DNA from: Hyphochytrium catenoides
Taxonomy: Eukaryota > Protista > Hyphochytriomycota
Direction: 5' to 3'
Assembly: GCA_900088475.1 (NCBI GenBank)
Contig: FLMG01002348.1
Span: forward strand, 40,768-104,767
DNA: 64,000 nt
The translations under genes were made by a program, and so were the position numbers. Below are positions 1-11,877 of this stretch, in pieces (within the stretch, counting starts at the first letter, position 1; each line of letters begins with the position of its first letter). The notes under the pieces are model-generated. The model was not told where the DNA came from. It was given only the letters and a program-made list of their open reading frames with translations, and made no database searches.

Positions 1-3000
1 ATCATACGTGTAAGAGAAGGCGCAATATCGTTATAAATTAGACCAATATGACATATCTAGCTGGAAAATACTTTCTCCTTAAGACGCCATAACATGAGGC
101 CGTGATGAAAGGGCCATCAATTTGCGGTCTCGCAAGGAATTCAGGTGCTTAGATAGAAAGAGTTACGAGAAATGGACATACCGACAAGAGCTCCGGTGCC
201 GACCGCGACGAACATCAGCCCATAAAAGACCGTGTCCTCCTCAACCTTCTCCGCGTCCACGCCTGCTCAACAGGCACAGATGGAAAATAAAGTTTAGTTA
301 GGGAGGGATAAACGCGCAACATAAGGAGCCAACGCGACCAGAATTGGCAGTACTTCTGTCAAGCTTCTCACTAAGAACTAACTCCGAAGTACATACCAAA
401 GAATGAAGCAATCATCTTTGCAATAAAGAGTCCCCAGAGTGGGAAAACTGCGCCATTCATAAGAGCGCCCACCAATCCTAGACCCAGGAAGGGAAAGTTG
501 TTGCTCCCAAGGGAGTAAAGCCGTTTGGCAGGGACCTTGTATAGCCTAGTAGAGTAGAGAGAAGAGCAGCTGTTTGTAAGCACCTTTGGGATGTCCTTCT
601 ACATTCCAACTTCATAGATAAACGTCTCTTGGAAGGTGCGATCTCTCTCTTTGTCCTGAGGATACGTAACCTCTCCTCCGCCCTCCTCCCTTCCGGCCGA
701 GTCCTTGTTCTTCGCGGTTACACTTACTCTTCCTTCTTTGCTCCTGTCTCTAAATCCAGCGTAATCCCGGCATTTGACTGAAAGACAGAGGTACTTGAAG
801 AGACAAGTGTTGCGTCCCTTCCGGGATACAAAGTTGAACTTCCTGCTTCTCTGCGCTCATCCAATAGCACCTGGGAACCCCAGAGGCTACTCCGCCGGTG
901 ACACTCGTCGTCTTCATCTTTCACCTCTTCTTTCTGTCTATCAACCAGACGGCGATAGTGGCCATCTTCTATCGCTAAGAGATCTTCGTGCTTGCCTTCC
1001 TCAACCAGTCTTCCGGCCTCAAAGACAGCGATCTTATTGGCATATCGAATGGTTGATAGACGATGAGCGATAATAATAGTTGTCCGCTTATGCTTCTCCA
1101 GAAGAGAATCTAACGAGGCCTGGACAATCCGCTCGCTTTCATTATCTGTTTATAGAAGCAAGATCGCCAGGGTATGAGGCCATGAGAATATAGAGGAGGA
1201 AAGTGAATGGACTTAGATAACGCCACGTCCTCTGACTTTCACAGGAGAGTGGACTGTCAGAGATATAACGAGGGAGATAACCAACACGCCCAAAGAAAAC
1301 TTGAGGTACAAGACCTCTGCCTACCGAGTGCAGAAGTAGCTTCATCCAGCACCAAAATGGCTGGGTTCTTGATAATGGCACGAGCTATCGCAACTCGCTG
1401 GCCATTAAAACAAATGAAGGAAGGAGGAGGTGATATTTAGTCTCGTCGTCTGAACACAACCTTTTGGTCCTATGCCTGACCTGCTTCTGCCCTCCTGAGA
1501 GCTGGATGCCCTTCTCGCCAACTTCAGTCTCAAAGCGCTTGGGGAAAGACTGAATAAACTCATAGGCGTTCGCAAGTTTGGCTGGAGAAACAAGGAGACC
1601 ATGATGATGCAGGGCAGAAAAGAAAGTGTCAGAGGTGCAATAGCCATGCTCTCGAAATTCACTAGGCGCAAACGTAAGCGAATGATAGTGGATTAGCGCG
1701 CAGAAGCCCCAAGACGACAGCAGTCTCGTATGAGAACATAGGAGCGCTTGAATTCGTGAATCCGGGACAGTAATGTCTTTACCTGCACTCTCTACCTCAG
1801 CCATCGTGCAGCCAGGCTTTCCATTCGCAATATTCTCCGCAATAGTGCCACCGAAGAGCACCGGCTCCTGACTCACAAGCCCTAAATGGTGCCAATAGAA
1901 GGTCAAAACAGAAAATAATCCAAAGTGGTGGTAGAGAGAAATGCGGTGTGAGTTTACATGACTAACTTTCAAAACGTCAAACCAGAGGCAGAAAAGAAAG
2001 AGATACTGACCAATTTGCTGTCTGAGCCATCGAACATTAAGCGTCCTGAGATCCATCCCATCAAGGTACACCGCTCCTTCTTGAGGATCATAGAATCTTT
2101 CCAGCAGCGCTACAGCCGTGCTCTTTCCACTTCCACTATGGCCCACAAGAGCCACCGTCTCTCCTGCCCCAACCTTGAGGTTGTAGCCCCTGCAAACAGG
2201 GGCCTGAGGGCGGGTAGGATAGGCGAACGTGACATTTCGGAACTCCACCTGCAACGTGACATGGTAACGAAAGTGAGATAGCCACATCGTCAGTAAAACT
2301 CAGAGAAAGAAAGTCGACTGAGCAGGTCAAGACATACATGACCCTGGACAGGATGGAATGGCTGGGAACAGGACGACCCCTACCCACACACAGCTACATC
2401 GAGTGTGTCCTACCTCGCCTCTGACAGTTGTCAGTTTATTCCCTTCGTCGCTCATAGCATCGATATGTGGCGTGCGGTCCAGCAGGTCAAATATCGGCGC
2501 TGCCGCCGCACCAGCCCCCGCTACTGCCATGAAGGACGGCGCGGCCTGGCCAAGCGCGATGGAAGCCAGAATCACAGAAAAGAAAACACCGACGACCACA
2601 CCACCTGAAGCAGTTGTACGTGTGAGGCCAAGAAGAGGTAGGACAAGAAGGTCACAAAGCTTAACAGTACCCTGCTAACGACACTAGACTCAGAAGAAAA
2701 AAGTGCCAATAAAGAGCTATAGCGCATAGACAAGGAGGTGGAGTGTCAGACCTGTGACGCAGGAGCTGTCTGATGTGCCTATGAAGCATCCCCTACGAAT
2801 GTCATCAGCCACCACCTGGCCGCCATACCACATGCCTAATGCATAGGCTGCAAATGAGAAAAAGAAGAACAAGCCGTTGGCGATCCCAAGAGCCACACTC
2901 TTCTTAATTCCTCCTCTTTCGGCGTCCTTTAGGTTCTCCGCATAGCTAAACGGGAAGAGGCAACGTTAAAGAGATAAATCAAAGAAGTGAAGCCGTAAAT

Positions 3001-4794
3001 GGAGGAGGAGAACGCTACTGATAGGGATAGCATATGGAAAATGAACAAAGGTTACCTACCGTTGCACTTCTCTCTTCTGTCCGCCAAACGCGACCACAGT
3101 TCGGATGGAAGACAGCACCTCCGAGGCCACGGCCGCGGCCCGTGCATAAGCTTCCTGGGTCATGCTCTGGGCTTTCCCCGATGACCTAGAGAAAGAGACG
3201 CGAACGGATATAGAAGAGGGAAACAGGCGATGTCAACTAAGCAGAGCGGACAGATTAAATGAGGCAAGTGAAGGGGGATTTGAAGGACGAGTGAAGTGAC
3301 CCCTTATCATTGTCGCCTCCTGGGTCCCATAGGTCTTCCCATATTGGTTGACCGGCAGTCTTTAGCATACCTCACAAGATTCCATGCAGTGAAGCCCAGA
3401 ACTGGCAGCACGGAAATGATAACGAGTGTCAATTCCCAGCTTTTAGAGAACCCCAGGGCATAGCCTCCAATAAACATCGAGGAATGCTGGATACCGTCGG
3501 CAAACTTACGACCAATGCCCTCCTATGTAAGGCCACAAGTTAGATGTCAGACATAGACACATGCCCTCTAAGTAAACCCAAGCATCTCCGCCACGCAGGA
3601 TCATACTTTGACTCAAAGGTCATCAGCAAGTATGCGGGTAGAAACGACACAAACAAACCAACAATCTTGACAGTATTGCTACCAACGGTTGACGAGAGAC
3701 TAAGGCAAGGTCACAGCGAACTGTGAAACAGAAAGACAAAGAAGCTAGGGATAGCGTAATGTGTCCTAAGAAGCAGCAAAACGACAACGAGAGAGTAAGT
3801 CAACCTGAATGGCCGTTGTCTTTTCTACGACTCCGCTGACAAGGTCTCCAGAGTTCTTGAAGTCAAACCAGCCGATTTCCTGCCTCAAGATGGCAGCTAC
3901 ATAGTGCTTTCTCAGCTTCCTGGTCTGTCTCTCCGCAGTGGTGTTCCAGCAAAACGCTTGTAGAAAACCGGAAACGAGGGCGACCGCTGCAAAGATGCAG
4001 AGATATTGCACCTGCTTGAGCACCTCGTCCATAAACTAGCAACAACAAGAGAAGTGTGAGATGGTGGCAAGTGAGATCTTGCGCAGTGTCAGGCTAGTAG
4101 AGACATTCTAAAGAGAGAGACACTGAGTAACACGACATCAAATCCTGAACCTAGAGACAAGTGGACTGCAGTTATTATGGAGAGGGAAGGAGGATCTGAC
4201 GCGGTTCAGGAGTAAAGTGTGGATTAATCTACGCAAACGCCGAAAGGACATATACTGCAGCATGGCTCTTAAAGGTGTAGGGCGAACGTTCCAGAAAGTA
4301 GGTACAACTCCTACTTCGTCATTGGTCCCGTTAAGTGAATCAAAGAGCTGCCCAAGCACTACTGTCATCGCAGGCTGGACCAGACCCATCAGCACCGCTC
4401 CCACACTCCCCACGACCATCAGGAAGATATCAAGCTCATCTGCATAGGAGAAGATCCTAATGAAAGACGGAGTATTGGCTAGTGGATCATCCACATGGAT
4501 TGCACCCTCCTCTGGAGCCCGTTCATTAGGCATGGCAGGTTTGGCATCAGGCCTTGGGTCTCTAGTGGTGACAGACAGGTCACTCTTCCTCTCTGCCGCC
4601 TCTGTGGAAGGCCCAGATGTCTTCGGCGTCAGGGCCTGAAAGTAGGGTGCCTCAACAGGCTCTCTTGATCCCTCGGCCCCGCGCATATTCGAAGCCTCAA
4701 GGCACAAAGGTCCTGTAGCACTCGGATCCTCACCGGGTGAGCGCGCGGCCTTTGCGCCGATGTCGGAAGCACTAGGGCTGTGAAGTTGTGACAT
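1..4794 (-). CDS. ABCB/MDR (P-glycoprotein-like) full-length ABC transporter, multi-exon; TMD1, NBD1 and start of TMD2, 3' end runs off the window
   Basis: ATG at 4794 (MSQLHSPS...). TMD1 motifs [19 protein letters not shown] and [28 protein letters not shown]1 has FAYPTRP, Walker [11 protein letters not shown]-loop VSQEPVLF, signature LSGGQKQ, Walker [12 protein letters not shown] and AHRLSTI. TMD2 begins [14 protein letters not shown]. Confidence 0.95.
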
Positions 4795-5559
4795 TGTCTG
4801 ATTGCATTCCTCCGCTGCCAATTTCTCAAACGTCCAGCCGTTGAGCACTCGAAGTAGCACACAAGCGCCAAGGCTGCAGAAGTACGCAGTAAGAAAGGTC
4901 AGAACGCAACTACAAGTACGGCATGGTAGAACGACAGCGACGAAAGGCTGCTAAGCGAGACAGGACAAAGAGCGGGAGCAAAATGGAGGAGTGAGAGGCA
5001 GAGATGGAGCTGGATCGTGGGATGAACCGCTGCGCATAGGGTGTGAGCTCCAGGCAAACGGAGGCTACTAAAGATAAGAGGCATGAAGCCGAAGAAACCA
5101 ACACTGCAATATACTATCAGGATTGAGGCGAGCTTCTTACGCGGAAGGACACACCGGCGGCTGTTATGTACACTGGCGAGCAGCCTAAGGTAGAGTGGTC
5201 TTAGTACTCTTAGGGCACGAAGAGAAACGAAAAATGATGATCTGGGCTTTGGGCCTTCTCGACCTACTCTTATTAGCTCCCCTAGTGCAGCCAAGACATT
5301 GTCTCATCTACCGTCTCCCTCTCAACCCCCATCGTCTGGCGCTTCGTCAATATCGTCCATTGTGTCATCTGCATCGTTGGGCTAGGACGGGCACTTCTCA
5401 CGGCTTGGGTCTGCTCCTCCCTCCGCCTGTCTCACCGTCGACCTTACTCTTCTTGCCAGTCGACAATCCCACAACCTGTGGGCAGAAAGTCCCTTATCTA
5501 GACATTTTGGCCCTCTTCTCATGATGCCGAAAGGAGAGGATTTCTTTCGTCCTAAGATG

Positions 5560-5770
5560 CCGCCCAATAATCTTTCCTTCCTTCCTCTCTCTTTCTCCCT
5601 TTTTCTCTCTCTCTCACTCTCTCCTCTCTCATCTCTCATCTCTCCTCCTCTTCTCTCACTCACTCCTCTTCTAACTTCCTCTTTTCTCATTTGTCTCTCT
5701 GTCTACATCTTCTACGAACTCTGTTTCGTCTCTCTTTCCCTCTTTCCCTCGTCTCTCTCTTTGGTATCTT
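5560..5770. repeat. CT/GA-rich low-complexity tract upstream of the ABCB gene
   Basis: Long imperfect (CT)n run seen directly. Confidence 0.85.
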
Positions 5771-6329
5771 TTGGACGTTCTTCAGCCTTTATACCGCGTC
5801 TCCCTATCACAATGTATAATACAATATCTATACAACAGACACAGAACTGATTGATAGTTAAACCTCCCTCGTAACGTGTGTTACGTTCTATGATAATACT
5901 GAAACTCTACTATCTCTGGCACTATCGACTATCGCAAGCTCGTATCCTCACAAAGTTGCTGAAGTCAAGGGAACGACAGCGAAGACCACCGAGACACCAA
6001 GGTAAGACAACACCAGTGCGGCAGCGGCGCTGTTGAAGCGGCAACAACGTGAGGTATCTCCTGCCCTATCTCTGAAAATGTGGGGGCTCTAGCACCTCTA
6101 GTACTTGAGGAAGCAGTCCCTAGACTTTTCTCCTTAGTGCTGGTGCCATAACAGCAACAAGTGGATCCTCCGGCTTATAGATTAAGAGGAGGAGCCACAA
6201 GAAGGTGGATGATGAAGAGAAACGAAAGAAGCAGCAGCCGATGTCATGATGGTCAAGGAAAGAAGTGGCATGGGCCGGTATGTGAATGTCCAAGCAGGAA
6301 GAAAGGTATCGAGCAATAAACTACCTCTT

Positions 6330-7940
6330 GGTGTAATATCTTCCTTCTAATATGGAATAAATATCTTTGTTGTGACTGTGCATCTTCTTCGTCGAGTCAG
6401 CTACCCTATTATTATTGCCTGGTTCACTACAAGTCATATATCATCATTAACCTCCCAGCCGCAAGCACTACCAGGATGAGGGAAGTTTTCTTCTGATGGT
6501 AGTGGCACAGTGCTCCTCCACCTTTTCGAAGAGGAAGGCTGGTCAGTAGAAGAACCGCATTGCCGTCTCAAAACAGAGAGAGATGAACAAGGCGTCTGGG
6601 AATCAAATCATTCTTCGTCGATGCGATTGAAAGAAATGACAAAAACGCTTGGTTTGATGATGGGCTGTTGAATGAGCAATAATTCAGAAGCACCAAAAGG
6701 AGTTGCGCTCATGCCATCCACAGATGCCTAATCATGCCAAATAATAAATAAAGAGCGCTATTGTGTTATTAGCTGATGGGCTGGCTGGACAGCCAGGCCG
6801 GGAAGGGGAGGGGGATGACAAATAAAAACGTCGGACAAGAAATAGTGGCGAAGTGCGTCCAGCCGACGGGTAAAGAAGAAGTGCAATGGGAGAGGAGGAG
6901 CGCTGGGGAACCACGAGGCCAGAGACGCGTTGATAGTAGCACGCATTAAACATTGAAGTGTCAAATGAAGTGACTAGCCGGGAGTCCTGGACAACGTCAT
7001 CAACGGGCAGATCAACAAGCAGAACGCTGGACAACAACCCAAGATGCGTTTGACATACAACTGACGATGATTTCAGAGAAGTAAGAGCACCACCCATCCA
7101 GGAGCTCTCTCTCCTCCTCCAAACAACATAGTTGAGAAACATTCTATTTTCTTAGGAGGAACAAATGAAGAAATATGTCACAGTCATACAAGGAAGAAGA
7201 CGATAACGAGGGTAAAGATTAGATACCAACAATCCGACGCGACGGTCAGTAGCAGCTCCCCCCAGTTCAAGCGCAAGAAGGAGAAGAAGGAGGAAGGCTA
7301 GTGAACCGACTGATGTATCATGTATGAAGGAATATGGGAATACAGGCTTATCAGAGACAGGAATAAATAACTAATGTCAATTTTGGGCTATTTTAGCTTT
7401 TGTTGGTCATTCAACCCTATAATCTCATAATAGTTCTTTTCACCGTCTCTGCTGATCCTTCTTAGCAACACCATCATCCACCATTCCTTGTCTTTATCAC
7501 TAAAGAACTACAAGGACGATGATGAGGGCTTTTATAGCATTTTCCTTAGCTGATGACTACCGCCGCGAGGATCCGAAGTCCAAGAAGAAGCTCCTATTGC
7601 TATACTTATATAGTCGTCTATGCTTGTGTTGTTGTTGTTTATCTGGTGATGGGAGAATTTATATGATTTATAGGAAAGCAAGCAGGCAGGCTTTGCTAGC
7701 TGCTTCTTGCCATTCATCATCTTAGACTTTTTGTCATCACCTGTACTCACCAATAGAGTCATCCTCATAAGCTCAAACAACGGGACGGCAATGGACGCGG
7801 CGGGTGGGGTGGTGATGCGGGGCAGCCTACTAGTTCTTCCTAGGCCTGGTATTTCTGTGTGCATCATCATTATCTTCTTCAAGGAGCAAAGCTTGCTATG
7901 GAACTCCTGGGGAAGCTCTGCACAGCGTCCTGCTAAGCTG
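6330..7940 (+). mobile_element. Possible highly decayed hAT-family DNA transposon remnant
   Basis: Stop-riddled fragments resemble a BED finger (ASTTRMRE near 6460-6485) and the hAT C-terminal dimerisation region (AMDAA...AW...AKLAMELLGKLCTASC near 7785-7935). No intact ORF or TIRs identified. Confidence 0.3.
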
Positions 7941-7983
7941 GAAGACTTCAATAATTTTGGCAAATCGCATCGCTCCCAGCAAT

Positions 7984-8057
7984 GGCCTGTTGGCCCAATT
8001 GGATAAGGCGCCTGACTACGGATCAGGAGATTCTGGGTTCAAGTCCCAGGCGGGTCA
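7984..8057 (+). tRNA. tRNA-Arg, anticodon ACG
   Basis: Cloverleaf GGCCTGT-TG-GCCCAATTGGATAAGGC-G-CCTGA CT ACG GA TCAGG-AGATT-CTGGG TTCAAGT CCCAG-GCGGGTC-A, followed by a T5 tract. Confidence 0.95.
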
Positions 8058-8061
8058 AAAA

Positions 8062-8066
8062 TTTTT
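8062..8066 (+). terminator. Pol III oligo-T terminator of the tRNA gene
   Basis: TTTTT 4 nt after the discriminator base. Confidence 0.7.
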
Positions 8067-8676
8067 CGTCCTTTAGTAAGCTCCACTACAACATTATTAC
8101 TACAAATGCTAGGTGCTCGAAACGCCACGATCATTTGTTGTACTGTAGACACAGGAGGAGAAATGATTGTCTCTTAGGGGTGGTTGTGGACACCAAGATC
8201 TTCAGGGATGAGGAATGGGCAAGGTTCTGACTCCCAACGCTATCTATGGGCGGACTTCTCTTTTCTTTCAACCGCCAGCGCCACCCAGCAGTCTTCCTTG
8301 ATGAGGTGAGACTTCATGGCGTCCAAAGAGGAAGCAAAGCTCTGCCTACTATCTAGTAGATGGGCGGGCATAGGATCACCTCCTCCTCTATGGCAGCGGC
8401 TCGTAGTGGTGGTGGGCAGTGGGCAGTAAGTGGCCATGTATTCCATGAGGGTCTCGCTGCTCCGCCGCCTCCCAAGTCCATCTCTGCATCACAATCTCCC
8501 TGGTCACATCCAACAGAGGAGGCTTGATGTCATACGGTGCGGTGCGGCCTTTCCCTCCTCTGACTTGCATCAAAGACAACTTTTCCTGACAGCCTCCACG
8601 CAAGTTCCCTAGCCAAGATAATAGTTCCCTAGCAGGATTACTTAAAGACCGGAGAAGAGACATTCTACTTTGAAGT

Positions 8677-11600
8677 ATGAGTGGCTCGGTTGCCGCTGGC
8701 GGCCCACATGACCTTGGTGGCTTGGTGCCACCATCTCCAGTTAAGAATAGTGACGAGGCTTTCCCTAATCTGCAGGATCCCGCGGTAGCGAGCCAAGTGA
8801 AGGACAAGCCTGAGAAGCACTGGGAAATGCAAGTGAACGCCCTGCTTGTCGTGCTTTCATGCAAGAAGCCAAAGCCTCTTCTCACCACTGATGAGCTTCG
8901 AAGAGGTGAATCTTCTATTTCTTATTTGCTCTTGCTCTTCCTATTGAATAAGCCTCTGCGATAAGGCTTCTTACTAGCTTCCTAGTCACTTTCCTCGCTT
9001 TCGTCTCTCTATGTTCCTCTCCGTTCTTCCTGACTACTCTGCCTCGCTTCTGTCTCTTGAGTTCGTAATATGACGCTCGTCTACATTGTTTACCTCTCTG
9101 TGGCACCTTATTGCCCCGTCCTCAGGCGTCGAAGCCTTGCAAGAGAAGGTGTACCAGTCTTGGGGTTATTATGACCGATGGGCTGCGTCTATGACGAACA
9201 TCCTTATTGAGAGAGGAATCATCTCCTTAAAAGAAATGGAGGATGAGCTATCAGGGGACGAAGCAAGAGAAGGGGCTTCTTTCTCTTCCGACCCCAAGTT
9301 TAAGACCGGAAACAGAGTGCAAGTGAAGAAGGAAGACACCCGCTGCCGATGGAGAAAGCCTCATCTTCGAACTCCAGGGTAACTGTGGCACCAATACGCA
9401 TTCCGAGCCTGCCAACTGCCTATACTAAAGACTTTTTGGTCTTTGCTATCGTCCCTCCTTCTCCGTAGGTATATCTTTGGGTGCAGTGGTACGATAGAAC
9501 GGTACTGTGGTTGCTTCCCTGACCCCTACTACGAGGCCTTCAGGGACTCGGCTCCTCCGCAGCATCTCTACCGTGTTCGCTTTCTTCAAAGGGATCTTTG
9601 GCCGGAGTATGAAAGAGGGAACGATGACACAGTGGACGTGGAAGTGTATGAGGGATGGCTGAGAGCAGAAGACGTTGAAAGGACGTTTGAGGAAGGAGGT
9701 GAAGATGTCGAATACCGCCGTGCACCAACTGACGAATGCCAAGAAGGTAGGGAACTTGCTAAATTCGCTGTCAGGTCCCGTTGTCATCTGCTTTCCGCGC
9801 CGCGCTATCATGTGATCAACTTACAGCGCCTGGCCTGCCTGCCTAGGTCATTTAGCGATATTCTCATGCTGACTAACATGCCATCCTCGAGTCATCTGCC
9901 CTTGTAGCGAATATTTGTTTCTGCCTTTCGTTTCTAAATATTATCATTTCTCTTACCGTCAACCTTGACACAGTCTTCTCCTAACGCACGTCTCCTTCGG
10001 CCATGGAATTGTGTAGACGGTTTGGACCATCACTCGCATCACCACCATGCGGATGGCGACCACGGGCACGTGCACGAAGCAAGGGCTACAGTGGAGCAAA
10101 CCGCCATCGAGAAGGAAGGGGAGCCAACAGCGGGACAGGTACTGATATTACAGCTATAGTTACACGAAGTTGACTAGAGTGGGAGGGAGGAACGTCTGTT
10201 CCATTGTGAATGTTCACCCGTAGCCTGTCGAAGCCAAAATAGTGTCTTTGGTCTTTCCTATCTTCTAACCGGGAGGCCCTTAGGCTGTCGGTGAGGCTCT
10301 CCTTCGTCTCTTGGAGAGAAAGGGGATAGTCCGCAGGGACGAGATCAATCAAGTCATAGCAAAGACGGAGGAAGCTCACCATAAATTGCTTGGTGTACGT
10401 GGACTATATTGATTACTATGCGTCCTGCACTCCTCCATTGCTTCTGATACGAACTGGAACCCCACCTCTGTCGTGTCCTCCTCTTTCTTAGGCTCGTTTG
10501 GTTGCACGGGCCTGGACGGATAGCGAGTTCAAGGATAGGCTGCTCGCAGATGCTAGCAAAGCGGCAGAGGAGCTTGGCATCAAGACTAGCAATCCTAACG
10601 CTCCAACCGTGCTTACTGTCGTAGAAGACACGCCCCAGGTATGGTCTTTCGAAATGGCTCTGACGATTTTTTTTGTCACTACTTTCTCCTCCTCTGCCTA
10701 GCCCATGCGGCAATGGGATTATACAATGGCATTGGGGAATTCTTGGCCATTTCGTGTACGTTTCATTGCTGCTCACCACACCCTTGCTTACTGTTGTAAG
10801 TTACATGCCCGACGGTGGTAGGCCTTGGGCTTGTAAAGCTCTTGATGATGGCCCTCTCACAAGCTGTCCTCCTCTTCTCTCGCCTTCGGTAGGTCCACAA
10901 CGTGATTGTCTGTACTCTATGCAGCTGCTACCCATCTTCCATCCTTGGATTCTCCCCATCGTGGTACAAGAGCAGGTACATTCGCCACCATCACAGATTG
11001 TGGGGTGTAGGTGGGAGAGAGAAAGTGAGGAGGAAGGGAGACGATAGATTAATGGTGGGAAAGCTGGTGGAAATGAAAGAGACCAAGCGGCACAGTGGTG
11101 AGAAAATCAGAGCAAACAGGAGGCTTCCAGGGTATGGTCCGCTCCATTGCCTGCGACAAGAATCTCCAACACTGCTGGCATACGAAAGACAGAGGCATTG
11201 AGCGCAGACAGAGAACAGGAGGTTGAGATATTTTTACTTCCCGGTGAAGAAAATTAAAGCATTGTGTTCTCCAGAACCTATAGGTCCAGGGTGGTAAGGG
11301 AGCCACGTACTGTGCTGGCGGAGGTAAGAATAACCTTCAGTCTCCTTCTTATAGCAGATAATCCTCTTCTCACTTTTGCCTGCAATCGTCCGACAATTTC
11401 ACGCGTGCCTCCTTCAGTTTGGGACACACCTGCCTCCAACAGTGAAAATTCAAGTCCACGACTCCACTGCTGACAACAGGTGAGCGAGACTGCCTAACCA
11501 TTCTGACGGCTCCTCTCTGGCTATCTGACACCCTCAACCTTCTTGTCTTTTCTCTATCCCTTCATTTTTTGTCTTTGCCGTCCTATGGACTCAACATAAT

Positions 11601-11772
11601 GCGTCAATCTAGGTATATGGTGCTGCCTTTACGTCCAGAGGGCACGGAGACTTGGACCGAAGAAGCTTTGCTGAAACTCGTAACGAGAGATTCAATGATT
11701 GGCGTCACCCTTCCCAAGGTCATGACGTATGAGGGTACGATAGGTCCCAAAAAAACGTCTAATCAAAGTTGA
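8677..11772 (+). CDS. Eukaryotic nitrile hydratase, beta and alpha subunits fused in one ORF, cobalt-type; about 10 exons
   Basis: Beta part: [56 protein letters not shown]. His-rich linker [17 protein letters not shown]. Alpha part: [25 protein letters not shown] (CTLCSCY at 10911-10931), [42 protein letters not shown]. Exons join in frame via GT-AG introns. Confidence 0.96.
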
Positions 11773-11847
11773 TCAAGCGCAGCAGGCAAAGAGATCTATA
11801 CCAATAACATGACAACCTCCGAGATACCGACGGATGACAAACGTTAT

Positions 11848-11877
11848 ATTACAGTCTAACGCATTACAGTCTAACGC
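11848..11877. repeat. Perfect 15-bp tandem duplication (attacagtctaacgc x2) downstream of the NHase stop
   Basis: Seen directly. Confidence 0.9.

Noticed and set aside
1-11772. ABCB + NHase as a horizontally acquired detoxification island
   Set aside because: Both genes are intron-rich with composition like their neighbours, and no amidase or activator is adjacent; proximity alone is insufficient.
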